Assembly: GCA_039621445.1 (NCBI GenBank)
Contig: CP154954.1
Location: 49,827,847 to 49,891,846, forward strand
Direction of reading: 5' to 3'
Origin: Euglena gracilis
Taxonomy: Eukaryota
DNA length: 64,000 nt
Under the pieces are notes generated by a model, which made no database searches, had not been told where the DNA came from, and saw only the letters and a program-made list of their open reading frames with translations. The position numbers were made by a program, and so were the translations under genes. Below are positions 51,835 to 64,000 of this stretch, piece by piece; the stretch's first letter is position 1; each line of letters opens with the position of its first letter.

Positions 51835-54201
51835 CGGATGGGGAAGGGGACGGGAAAGGGTCGATGCTGTGGATGGAGGGGCAGCCCCGGCTGGGGACCC
51901 ACGCCCCACGGTGCCGACTCTCGGGGGTAACCAGAGGGAGGCGGTCCCTACCAGTTCCTGCCGTCGCGTGAACAGCACAGCAAATGAATAAAATGATTCT
52001 GAGGCACGTGCTCCCCCCCCCCCGAGGGAATGGCCACGGCTGAGGGAAAATTGGGCTTCAAGGACCTCAAAGAAGCGCCAGGATCTCAAATGGAGCTTTC
52101 CAAGGAGGGAAAGGGTGAAATGAAACAAAACACAAAAAAAGCAAAAGGCCGACCATCAAATGCGGAATGTGTTATGTCCTCCGCAATTCATACCGAGACC
52201 ACACAACTTGGCTCGCCATGAAACCACACGAAAAAAGAATTATGTGTGTATTATAATTTCATCTCAAGGAACACATGAAATGGATCTGGGGGGGGATATT
52301 CCAGTACACTTTTAAGGCGAAAGATCCCTCTCCTTGACCCAGACAGCAAACCCCAGGGAACAATGCACACCTTCATTCATAAACCATAAATTTTGTGACC
52401 CCCACCCAAATTTAAACAACCTCCTGATTGGCTGCTATGCAGGAATTTGGATCAAAATGATATCGGAACATCAAAGAAGCGATATTCCAAATATATGTAA
52501 CTCCGGAATAAAAGCAACTCCTGGGGATTAATTTCGGAGAAACAAATGTGAGCAACAGGTTGCACATATTTGTCGGGGAATTTTGTGCAATTTCAAATTG
52601 GAAACTGCAAACAGACACAGGCTGTGGTGCCCATGCAAACAAACGGTCAGAGGCGGGCACCGAGACGACCAGGGCGCTGATCGATGGAAGAACGGCCATC
52701 CAGTCTGACAATGAACACCTGCACTACGATCGGAGGACGAGCCAGCCAAATGTACAAGCGGGCTGTGGGCGCTGCGCGTTTCCGCACCGCCCACACTCCA
52801 CTGGGACGGCGCCCGCTGTGGTGGTCGCCCTGCCGCGGGGGGAAAGCAGGCAGGGCGAGGGGGGTCCCCCAAGGTGTTGGTACAGTTGGCTGACCCGCTC
52901 TGGACGGCGTGGGGGAAAAGACAAATGGTGGGAAAGAAAAAAGGCACCACCTGGGGGGCGTACAGAAAACCAAAAAGTTGGTGGTATCGCAGTCAGCCGA
53001 CTCGCTCCTACAGAGGGTTGGGGCTGAAACAGGTGGCCAGACCGCTGGCTATGGCGGGTGGGGGAAAGAGCGCCCAATGGTGGCCCCGCCACCGCCGGAG
53101 AGCTCCGCGCCACTCGGCAAAGCCAAGGGTGGGAGGGCGGTCGGGCCGGCAGGGAGGTCCTTAACGGGAAAAAATCCCCCGTCACATTCAATGAAAATTT
53201 TATAAGAAAAATGGACAAAAAAGGCCATGTTTTGGCAAAAGTGGGTCGACATTGGGGGGGGGGGGAAGTGATTTCTGGCATGTTTGGACCATCGCCCATC
53301 AACCCAAAACGTCAAAAAAATGTGTTTCTGGACATTTTGATTTTTGACCCCATTTGATCCCCGAATCGGCCGTTCGGTCCTTATATAGAAGGTACACAAC
53401 AACATTCCGTCCCTTATGGACTGCCCTCTGGTCGGGGAAGGCAACGCAGCCCAGGCAAGGGACGGAGAGGGCTGCGAAGAGAAAGGGGGCCGGGTCCTGG
53501 CTCCAAAGGCAGGGACCAGCGGTCAACGTAAGCGGCCGAACTTGCACTTAAAATGACTGGTGCAGGTTCGACTGTGATCTAAAGCCTTAATGAGAGTTCG
53601 GCTCGGTCGGTCAAACCTCCAACGGCACCCCACCACCCCGCTATGTTCGGTGTTGTAGAAATAATTATCTTAGGGGGGAGGGAGAAAATGTCAAGGCTGA
53701 AGAGAAATGTTTTCTTTTTGCACCTAAAATTCTGCAGAAGGGTGACCATTTCTCATTGGATATAAAATGAAAAACGATCGAAGAATTAGACAAATTTTAG
53801 CAAGCTTTCTCAAATCACCCAGTGGATAGCAAGACAATTTTGTAGTCCAGAAATCGGCAGGAAAATTCTTGAACACCCGTTGAGAATTTCCATTCCGATT
53901 GAACAACAAATTTTTATCATTGCTGCCGGCATCTGGACGGTGTGGACGGTGCCCCCCCCCCCTTGGGTGCTTGGTTCAGGCAACAATTGAAGGTCAGGCC
54001 AGGGGGCCAATGTATATCGGCTTGTAACCTTTTTTTAAAAAAATGGCTTTCGTTGTCCAGTTCAACCATGCACTTCTTGGGACTTTGAAATTTGGGCCAA
54101 AAGACGCTGCCAGAGCACTGTGCTTAAAGAAATGGAAAAAAAATCAAATAAACAGGCTTCAGGGAAAAAAATTCGGCCCTTCGCAAAGAGGCATTTGGGT
54201 A

Positions 54202-54321
54202 CCTACCCCCGGGAAACTGTCACCTGACAGGTTGGCCGGGACCGGGGACCCTGACAGTTTCCCGGGCAGGACCCTGACAGGTTCTCGGGCATGACAGTTT
54301 CCCGGGGGGTGGGGGGGTAGG
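54202..54321. mobile_element. Short TA-TSD MITE (CCCGGGAAACTGTCA type); relative at 31735-31897
   Basis: ta|CCTACCCCCGGGAAACTGTCA..TGACAGTTTCCCGGGGGGTGGGGGGGTAGG|ta. Confidence 0.75.
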
Positions 54322-55455
54322 TACAAGATTCACAATATCTGATCAAACAAAGGTTCAGAAACACACGGAATGTCGTAAATCTTTGCCCGGCAGATAAGCG
54401 TGATTTAGACCTGGATCTATTTTCATTCTATCTATTTTCATCAAGGACCCTTGCGGACCAGGCATCTCTTGACCCCCCTGTCACAGTCTCAACCCCCCCA
54501 AGTTGTTGGCCATCCTGTTAAAAGTCATTTTCCCAGAGGCAATCTTTCTTGTGAATCGGTGACACCACGTCAGCCTCTGGCCAGCCTTTGGGAAGGATAT
54601 ACACGGGGAGGCTCCCGCAGGGGTGGGGCGAGGGCGGCTGCGGCATGGCAGCCGGGGCAATTGTTGGGGGTTGCGAACGCAGAGGGAGGGCGGGCGGAGT
54701 GGCATGTGGCGGGCTGCGTTGGGCGGCCTTCTGGGGGTGGACGGGGACGAAGCAGGGATGTTGGGAAGCCATGGGGTCCGGACCCCCTCCCACCATGGAC
54801 AGGGGGGGGGGTCAGACACCGCTCCTGCAGCAAAACTGAAATGGGCCCCGCAAATTTTCGGCTTTGTGGACCGGCAAAGGGGCCAGATGCCGGGCCAAAA
54901 TTTCAGGAAAACAAATGTTTTTTTTTGAAAATGTAAAATGCTGATTTTTTGAAAGTTTTTGAACTCCTTTTATGGGAAAAACACCAAAACATCCAAAAAT
55001 GTGCAATACAAAGTGAGGAAAACAGGCATTTTTTGTTCATTTTCTGGCAATCAGGACTGAAAGGCTTTTTTTTTGCTATTTTTGGAACCTGCCAAGGAGG
55101 GGGGCGGGGGTCCAGACACCCCCTCCCCCCTGGGGTCACCCCCCAGGAGCCCAGGAAGGGGGGGAGGTCGGGACCCCCCTGCCATCTACTTCCCTCCTTC
55201 CTTGTCCACGACAGGCTGTTTTTTTACCAACCCCGGGGGGGGGGGGGGGCGGGGGGTCCGGAGTGCCTGTGAGTGCCTGCCTGGCTACACCCCCCACTGG
55301 GGGGTCGGATTTCGGCCTGTGCCCAGGCACATTCCTTTGAAAACAGGCCTTCGGCGCCGGGGTTGTGCTAGGGCACTTTTGGCCGTGTGCCCTACCCCCC
55401 CCCCCCCGGGGTCGGATTTGCAGTGCCTTGGAGTGCCTGCCCAGGCAGGCACCCC

Positions 55456-55592
55456 CCCCCCCTTAGTTGCACTAAGGCTTCTTGTCTGTTTATGGCCGGC
55501 GCTAACTTCGCTTCTGGCCCAGTTTGCTGCGTGGTGAGTGGCCAGGGACCCCGTACACCAGTCCTCTTTTGTTGCTCCCCCTGGCCGGGTGA
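55456..55592. repeat. ~135-bp dispersed repeat, second copy at 57945-58080
   Basis: ccttagttgcactaaggcttcttgtctgtttatggccggcgctaacttcgc.. is nearly identical in both. Confidence 0.85.
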
Positions 55593-56867
55593 GTAACTCT
55601 CCGCACCCCCCCCCCCGGAGGTGAGGTCGGCACCCGACTAAAATACGAACTGGTCCACGACACGCCAATGTTCAGGGTGCCGTTGACAGGGGGGGTGTCC
55701 CGGAAAGAGTGCCGTTGAACACAGGGGGGGGGGGAGGTGTCAGCAACACAGTCGGTCTTGGACAAAGGGGGGATATACCTCAAAAACCGAAGCTTCCCAT
55801 CTATCCCTGGGGACGACAACACCTCGCACAACACCTCTGGCAACCGGAGATATGCGGTCCGAACGACTCTTTTCGCAGAAGGGGGCACATGGAGATGATT
55901 GGCGGGTCTCGAAAAAAATTCGGCTCTGGAGGGCTCTCGGTGTATGGCAAGCCAAACCCAGGGACAAGAGCACGGAGCAGAATAGTGGCGGATCACACCG
56001 GCGAATTCTGCAAAATCCTGGGAGCACGTACGGCCTCCTGTGTCGCAAGATTTTCCAAGGGCGACAAGATGAGCAAATCAGTCAGTCAAGTCAAGCTGCG
56101 TGTATTGCACCGAACCCCGGCGTACCAAGGCAGACCAAAAGTGTGCTGGAAAAAAAACGATAATCACACAATAATAAATAAACTAACTAAATATAGTTTA
56201 TAATAGATAAACATAATATATAATATATAGTATATAAATATATATAATAGAGTACATAGTAAACGGGGGGGGGGGGGGGTGAGGTAATGGGGTAGGTTTG
56301 GGTTTGTATATATAATTAAACTAATGATGCTTGCAACATGCATTTGAAAAAAATTTCCTGCAGTTGGTAACCAACGAAAATTCATCAAAAGGAAGACTGA
56401 AAGAGGAAAAATGCGAAATGCAAAACTCTCATGAAACTTTCTGACAAAGTTCATGACAAAAAAATGTTAAACAATAAGAAATTGCCAATCATCGAAAAAA
56501 AGGGGGAACAGACATTCATTTAGTGTGGTTCACAAAAGACGTGTGAACCACACACAAAAAAAAATTGGTGTCCACAGATGAACTATACACACAAATAAAT
56601 TTGCTGTCCACAGATGAACCACAAAAAAATATTTGGTGTGCACAATTTTTTTTTATTGATCTGTAGACACCTCAGCCACATTTTGGACCTTGGCCCCGGC
56701 TCAATCCATAAAGCGTGGCAGGGACTCACACCCCACCGCTGTGGTTGGGGGAGGGTCACCACTCCCTCGTACACACAGAGCCCCATTACGTGTGCGGCAC
56801 CCACACCCCAGGATTAATTGAGAGGGTTCACACAGGTTAGACATATCCACCACTACTATATCGAGAA

Positions 56868-57105
56868 CAGGGGTTTCCCCCCCACCCCCCCACCCCTTGG
56901 GGCCCCCCCGGGGGGGGGGGGGTCCGGGGGACCCACAAAAAAATGGCCGAAAAATCACGAAAAGTGCTAAAAATAGCACTTTTTCGGCGCCTTCAGTGCC
57001 GAAAAGTACATCCCACCCCCCCTCCGGGGGGGGGGGGGGGGATCGGCCGGACCCACCCACCCTACCACCCCCTCCCCCCCCGGTCCACGACTAAAAAAAC
57101 CCCTG
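56868..57105. mobile_element. hAT-like MITE, 8-bp TSD
   Basis: Ends CAGGGGTTT..AAACCCCTG. Perfect TSD ATCGAGAA. Empty homologous site at ~1436-1450 (ttcgagaactgtgtc). Confidence 0.9.
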
Positions 57106-59015
57106 ATCGAGAACTGTGTCCCAGGCACCGGCTTCACGCCCGAACCGGCGTAGGACACAGTTTTTGATACCGTTTCTAGGGGGGCTCCAACCTTAGGGGC
57201 CAAGTTTGCATGTTAAGAGCGAGAATGGGCCAACGACACCAACATTGGAGGGGGTGTTTTGGGGTCCAGTTTCCACTCCAGTTTTTCAGGGTCCTGTTTC
57301 CCCCGACTGGAAAAAAAAATTCTCCGGTGCTGCACACTAAGGTGGAAATGAGGTTTTAATGTAAACCCCCCCCCAAATACAAACCCCCCCCCCCAAATAC
57401 AAAACCCTCCCCAAATATAAAACCCCCCTGAGGACCTTGAAATCCCGCCGGAATATAAACCCCCCCTCCGGCGCGAAGCGCTGGGAGAGAAAAACTTCGA
57501 CAAAATCTCCTGAAATTGTGATTTTTGGCAGATTTGGGAGCAATTTTTACCAAAAACGTGTGAAAATTGCTCCTTCGCCCGAAAAATAAAAATTTTGGAC
57601 CCCCATGGGTGGGCGTATTTGTGATTTTGGACCAAAAAAGTGACTACTGGATCCCGCCAGGAAGTTGATTTTTCCGACCGAATATAAAAACCCCCCAAAT
57701 ATAAAACCCCCCATGGGGTCTTGAAATTTCCGCCCAAATATAAAACCGGGGGGGTTTTGCATTTGGGGTGGGGGTTATTTTTAGGCTGATCGGCCCAAAA
57801 CAGCCCAAAATGGGCATTTTGGGCCATTTGGGGGGGTCCAAAAAATTCGGCGCTTTGCTCTGGTCACTAGAAAAAAAAATTCCACTAACAAGCCCTGCCA
57901 GCAGACCACTACCAAAATTTGGACCAGCTGCAGTCCAGCCCCACCCCCCTTAGTTGCACTAAGGCTTCTTGTCTGTTTATGGCCGGCGCTAACTTCGCTT
58001 CTGGCCCAGCTTGCTGTGTGGTGAGTGGCCAGGTACCCCTTACACCAGTCCTCTTTTGTTGCTCCGCCTGGCCGGGTGAGCAACTCTGGTGTAATTCCAG
58101 CGCTGTAGGGACATAGACTCACCTTGTGTGGTTGGTGTGGTTCCCGTGGGTGGGTCTACACCCTTGCGCCCCAGTGCTGCTCTTGCATCCTGCCCTCTTC
58201 CCGCTTTCTGTGTGGGGGATGCATGGTGCAGGCACAACACCCCCCCGGGGGGATTTTTTTTGCAAAAATCTCTGTGTATGTAACCACTAACTTGGGGGAA
58301 AAAATGGGTCCAGGTGGCAATTCCTCCTGCCTGGGAAAGCTATCTAGCGCGAAGAGGACGGCTAGGACAAAACCGACCATTATAACCGAGGTACCGAGGG
58401 CATCTGCAAGATCTGCAGACAGAAATTTTACTAAAGGCCAAGATTGCAAGTTTACAGAAAAGGCCAACTTTAGGGGGCCAAGTTTGAATGTTAAGAAGTG
58501 GGGGGGGGCAAGCGCCAGGGGGGGGGGGGGAGGTAGATTTCACACTGCTGCTGCCATGTTGTCCATCAATTGAAAGCTCTTCTCAAGGGATTTCAGCAGA
58601 TGTCCACAGAATTCAACCATAATGCACATGGCTCTGATTTTCAGCGATTGTGTTTCCAAAATTCGACATGTTAATTTGTCAAATCCCACAGCTCAGGAAC
58701 CGAACCATACAGCATATCAATTGAAAGCTCTCCCCAAGACGTTTCGCTTGGTACCCTCAGAACTCAGCCACAGTTCACAGCGCAATGAAAATCGGCGATC
58801 GCGCTTTCCGACCCTGTTTTCTTCGAAATTCCAATGTTTCACCTGCCACGTTGCCCCTTGATCGAAAGGTCCTCTCAAGGGCTGTCAGCAGATGGCCTTA
58901 GATTTCAGCCATGATGCGTGGTATTCTATTTCAGAAATTCCCCAAAATTGGCCAAAAGGAAATTATTGCACAAAAACCCCAACTGTCTGGCCGAAGAACC
59001 CCCAAAAACTGCTCA

Positions 59016-59445
59016 CAGGGGGGGGGAAATGCGCTCGCCCGGCCTCGGAAAAAATGCGCAAAAAAATGCGCAAAAAATACGCAAAATCCGAGAAAAAATG
59101 CGCAAAAATCGCGAAAATGCAAAAATTACCCAAAAACATGCAAAAATGGCACCAAATTTGAAGAAATTATGTAGAATAATGAGGAAAATATAAGTTTCAA
59201 AAAAAGTCGAAAATTTCAAATTTTTGCAAAAAAAATTGCAAAAATGGTCAAAAAATGCGAAAATTTTGGAAAATCACGAAAAAATGTGCCAAAAAGCAAA
59301 AAAAAATGCACTGAAAAAAATGAAAAAAATGCGCAAAAAATGCGAAAAAATGCGCAAAAATGCGCATTTTTGGAAAATTTGAAAAAATGCGCAAAAAAAT
59401 GCGCAAAAATGCAAAAAAAATGCGAAACGCATTTCCCCCCCCCTG
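59016..59445. mobile_element. CAGGG-terminal MITE with 7-bp TSD
   Basis: Close copy of 3032-3437. TSD CTGCTCA on both sides. Confidence 0.85.
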
Positions 59446-59462
59446 CTGCTCAGATATGCTTA

Positions 59463-59823
59463 CCCCCCCCCTATGTCCAATGACCGGTAACCTCTGTCCT
59501 CTGACCGGGGGGGGGGGGGTGGTCGTTGGACATGGGGTCAAAAGAAAGTTGGTGGGTACCCAGGTCCCTACCCACCCAAAAATGCCCAAATTTTCCCTTC
59601 CGGCGCTTCGCGGCGAAAATTTTGGGCAATTTTGACAAATTTTTGTCCAAAAAGTGTCAAAAATGGCACTTTGGCCAAATTTTTGTCCAATTTTTGGGCA
59701 AAATTTTTTGTCCCGGCGCTTCACGCTGGGACCAAAAATTTGGTCAAACCTCTGAAAAGGTGTCCTCTGACCGGGGGGGGGGGGTGGTCATTGGACATAG
59801 GGGGGTCGTTGGACATGGGGGGG
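59463..59823. mobile_element. TA-TSD MITE (CCCCCTATGTCC type); relatives at 28134-28546 and 30668-31327
   Basis: ta|CCCCCCCCCCTATGTCCAA..TTGGACATGGGGGGG|ta. Interiors are shared among copies. Confidence 0.8.
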
Positions 59824-60771
59824 TACCACATGTGTACAAACCATTTTGGACACTTTTTGGCACTTTTTATTTTGGGTCCCCCTGACGACAGCTTCATGCC
59901 CGAACCGGCGTCCCAGACGTCGGGTCCGGCGTGAAGCCGGAGCCCCCAGACACGATAACACCATGGTGGAGGATGGGGATCCAATCAATTTTTTTTGGCC
60001 TCCTCAATCACATGTGAGCCACAAATTTTTTTATGGTGTCTACAAATGAACCACAACAAACTTTTTGCTGTCCACACGTGAAATTTTTGTTGCCCACAGT
60101 GAACCACAAAATGACCACCCCCCCCCCCTGGGCGGCCCCGGCCAGGATTGAAGGTAAAGCCGGAGGGCCAACCTTAGGGGGGTCAAGTTTGCATGTTAAA
60201 AATTTCAGCGGCCATGCACAAAAGGCCAACGGCCAATTTTAGGGGGGCCAAGTTTGCATGTAAGAAGGAGGGGGCCAAGCGCCCGGGGGGCGGGGTACCT
60301 TGGTGTTTCACTCTAAATGAATGTCTGGGGGGTACTCATGCGCTGTTACCCCTGGCTGTTGCAGGGGGTTGGACAAAAGCACCCAAAAATATACAGAAAA
60401 AATGAACATGCATCAAAAAATGCATGGAAGTTCCTTGGACCGCCACTCCAGCGAACTTCTTCCTACAAGGAAAATTTGTTTCCATCATGCTGTGCATTTT
60501 TGGGAAATATTTTTCCGCCACCAAAATATAATCAGCAAAAGCGTGCCTTGCCTTGTCTTGTCTTCCAAACTTTTTCAAAAAATTCCAAAAAAAGCAAAGA
60601 AAAGAAAATGGCATACCAAACCAAAAGAACTACCAACCCCCCCACCCTGGCAAACTGTCACCTGACAGGTCAGCTGGTACCGGGGACCTTGACAATTTCC
60701 ACACCAACAGGTTGGATGGTAATTGGGACCAGGGTTCGATATGGGGGGGGGGGTCGCTGAGCTCTTATCCC

Positions 60772-61695
60772 TTTAGAGTAAGAGCGAAGCGTACCACCGG
60801 GGAAAAGGGGGGGTCGGACCCCCCCCCTCCCCCTCCGCCCCCCCCCTGGGTCGGGGCCACCTCGGGAACTGGCGGATTATCACCATGATCCCGGCCCGGT
60901 TCCCGGAATTTTTTTTTTCAGTCGCAAGCGAGTGGATTCCTAGTTTCCGAATCACCCTGGGTTGATCCTCAACTCCCCGCCAGGCCCGAGTTATTCACGC
61001 GCAAAGGGGTCCAAACTGGGTAGGATTGGCCCGCCCCCCGGATGAGCCCCCACCCTTTGGACTCATTTCTCACCCATTTGCACCCATTTCGGGCCCAAAA
61101 ATCGATATTTTCAAAATATCTTGAAAATGATGCAAAATCAAAGGAAATGTTCGGAGACCTACTTTGAAGCCCTTGGAACGCCCCATCTGCCGGTATTTTG
61201 ATTTCCCCGCATCTCTCCGCCTAGTCCGAGATACGACCGTTTCGGCCAATTTGGGACATTTTGTACACTTTTTCCACTGTCAGACTCGGTGTTTTTTGAG
61301 CCGAAAATGAGCGTTTTTCGACACCCGGCGCCCCCGCCCCGTTTTTGGCCTGAAACCCATGGAATTTGGGTCAAGAAACAGGTCAAAAAATTCGAAAATA
61401 ATTCAATAAAACGGGTGAGGGGTGTAGGGGGGGGGGGTCGTTTAGAGTAAGAGCGAAGCTTACCCCTGGGGAAAGGGGCCCCCGCCCTCCCCAGCCCCCC
61501 GGGTCGGGGCCACCAGGAGAACCGGCGGATCATTACCATGATCCCAGGCCCGTTGCCGGAATTTTTTTTCAGTTGCCTGCGACTGGATTTCTAGTTTCAT
61601 AGAATCACCTCCGTTTGACCCCCAACTCGCCCGAGTTCAGCCGCGAAGGAGTCCAAACTGTGTAGGATTGGCCCGCCCCCCTGGAGGAGCCCCCC
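60772..61695. repeat. ~270-bp imperfect direct repeats (60772-61050 and 61441-61695)
   Basis: Both run from tttagagtaagagcgaagc to taggattggcccgcccccc. Confidence 0.8.
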
Positions 61696-64000
61696 CCCAG
61701 ACCCTGACAGGGACCCTGACAGTTTCCCGGGCAGCACTCTGACAGAATCTCGAGCATGATGGTTTCCCGGGGGGGGGGGTAAACAAAAGGTGCCAAAGGC
61801 ACTGGGCAAATTTGCATAGTTGCAGGGTTGTTTGTCACATTGCACCACCTTGAATGCTCAAAAAAATGGAGCATGAATCTTCAGAATAGCAATTTAGAGA
61901 GCAAAATGTGCAAAAAAAATGTTGAATTTCCCAAGATTCTCTTCAACAAATACCTTTTCTACAATTTGGATTCTGCAAAACTGCAAATGATGCTTCTTCC
62001 ACATGCTCCCTGGCTACTGCAACGGTTGACAAGGGTGTTAAAGATGACGGAATGCAACACAGGGACCCCAAGCAGGCACCCTCTCAGCAACACGAGGATT
62101 GGTGTTGGCAAGAGGCCGATAGGGATAAGAGTCCGACCACTGAACCACAGTGGCACGGCTGACACGGCCAGCCCAAAGAGTTGACCGTCTCCAAAAGAGA
62201 CAAACAAACATCCAGCAACAGGATGAGCAGAACATTTCGTTGTTGTGCCAAGGGATCAAGAAATGCTGGAGGCTCAACGACGTGTCCCATTCATCCCAAT
62301 GCAATGATGGATTGCCTGATCTTTCATGGATAACGGCATCCACCTCCAATAACTGGAAGATTTGGGCCGGCTGGCAATTTTATTTTGAAACATTCGGACG
62401 CTTTTGCTGCCTTGACTGCTTTTGGTCACAATCGTTTGACCAAGATTTCCGCCATTTCATAATTTTGGCCATGGTTAGTCATTTTCGGTCACTATTAATA
62501 TCACTCCCGGCCACTCTTGCGTGCTTTATGCTGTTTTTGAGTGTTGTTGGTCTCTTCACCAACTTTTGGCCGCTTTTGCTGCTTTCGACTGCTTTTTGGC
62601 CTTTTTGCTGACGGTGTGGCCACTTTTGCTGCTTCCAGCTTGTTGCACACAGGGTTGTTGCAGACGACATGGATCTGTAGCATCACAACTGCTGGCGATG
62701 TTGTCAACACATGAATCTCTGGTACATAAATATTAACTCTGAGAATAGAAAAAAAAACATCTGGGAAATAATACATTGGCGTTGGAAATGGTTGAATGTC
62801 ATGAAAACTGCCCACATGCACCATTCCTTTAATACAATACCATCCAGAAAATAATTTCAACGAGATGTTGCCAATGCCAAGCTTCTTTTGATCTCTAATT
62901 AATTCTGCATGAAAAAAAAACAGGAAAACTTGACAACGTTTTGATTTTTTGGACTATCTCACGGTGATATTGATGGTGATCTCAATGGTGATATTACATC
63001 CTTCCATCCAGAGTGGTGGGGTATCTGGCAAGAAGATAACAACGACAAACAACAAATAAACAAATCCCAAATGCGTATAGCACATTGCCCCCCACCCAGG
63101 TTCTGAGCACTAGTATGGCTGGAATAATGCCAGCTCAATGCAGACCCTATGAAGGGGGGGGGTTGAAAAATTTGGGATACCAGCTGGCCAGGGTATTATT
63201 TAAGCCTGAAAACCCTTAAAAACCCTTAAAAACCATTGTAAAAGTTTTGGCCAAAATGCCCAAAAAACCTTTAAAAAAGTAAAGGGGGTAGGTTCAAAAA
63301 CCACTCGATGCTGCCAGCAGATGTCCCTGTCACATCCTGAACGGCAGAAGGCACCGTTGGATACTGAACACCAAGCAAATTGGACAGAGGCGCAGCGACT
63401 TGGAAAGCGAATGGGGCAGAAATGCTCGCATGGGTGCCTGTGGGCGTCACATTTTCAACACTCAGGGTCTGAGGGTGCTTGTACAGCTACCGCCAGCGGG
63501 GGTTCTTTTTATTTGATTCAAAAACAACACTTTTCCATCGCACAGGCCCGTCTAATTAATAATAATAAAAAACGAAACCAAGCCGGAAAAACCTACCCGC
63601 CCCCCCGGGCAATTGTCGTGCGACAAATCGGGCAGCACGGAGGGGGGTGACAATTTCCAGGGGGGTGACAATTGCCTGGGGGTGTCAATTATCAGGGGGG
63701 GGGGGGGCGGGTAAAAAGAAATCCGAGGAAGGATGCAGGCAGGAGCGCAATAAAAAATGCCTTGGTTGGAAATTGGTCATCCGAGACCAGCCGCAGCCGC
63801 CCCAATTGCAACCACGCAAGGCCAAACCGTGGCTGCCAGTGAGGCCGGCCACGGTCGGCTTCAGCCAGACGGGAAAGCAGGAGGGCGAGCTCACCGCTTG
63901 CAATCGATGGGAAATTGGGGAATGCAGGGTGACGGCATCGAACGCGCCTGGGGAGTTTCCAAGCCGCTGCAGTGGTTGAAGAAGAGGAAGAAGAAGAAAA

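Noticed and set aside
52600-54800. GC-rich islands upstream of paralog 5 as exons of another gene
   Set aside because: No consistent reading frame or recognisable protein.
62110-62170. tRNA A-box-like GTGGTTCAGTGGT on the minus strand (and B-box-like GGTTCGAATCC at ~50088)
   Set aside because: No cloverleaf and no correctly spaced partner box.

Overview
Eukaryotic, MITE-saturated DNA, most likely euglenozoan (euglenid-like; inferred from intron structure, not from a marker gene). The only genes I can support are five tandem minus-strand paralogs of a tandem-CCCH zinc-finger protein, with ATGs at 899, 11492, 26737, 40530 and 51834; copy 1 runs off the window. Their introns lack GT-AG ends. 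Several have base-paired termini in the euglenid nonconventional register (CAG at +4..+6 pairing with CTG at -8..-6), and intron positions differ between paralogs. Main observation: the best-resolved introns are short terminal-inverted-repeat (TIR) elements flanked by 8-bp target-site duplications (TSDs). Splicing 3 nt before the 5' TIR and 5 nt after the 3' TIR removes the element plus exactly one TSD (3+5=8) and restores the sequence of the intron-less paralog. The same TIR families also occur as free insertions with perfect 8-bp TSDs, so this looks like an intron-generating (introner-like) hAT-type MITE system. Intergenic and intronic DNA is a nest of three MITE classes (8-bp TSD, 7-bp TSD, and TA TSD with poly-C/poly-G ends) plus microsatellites. 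I recognised no autonomous transposase, rRNA, tRNA or CRISPR array. All splice junctions are inferred from paralog comparison, without transcript data.
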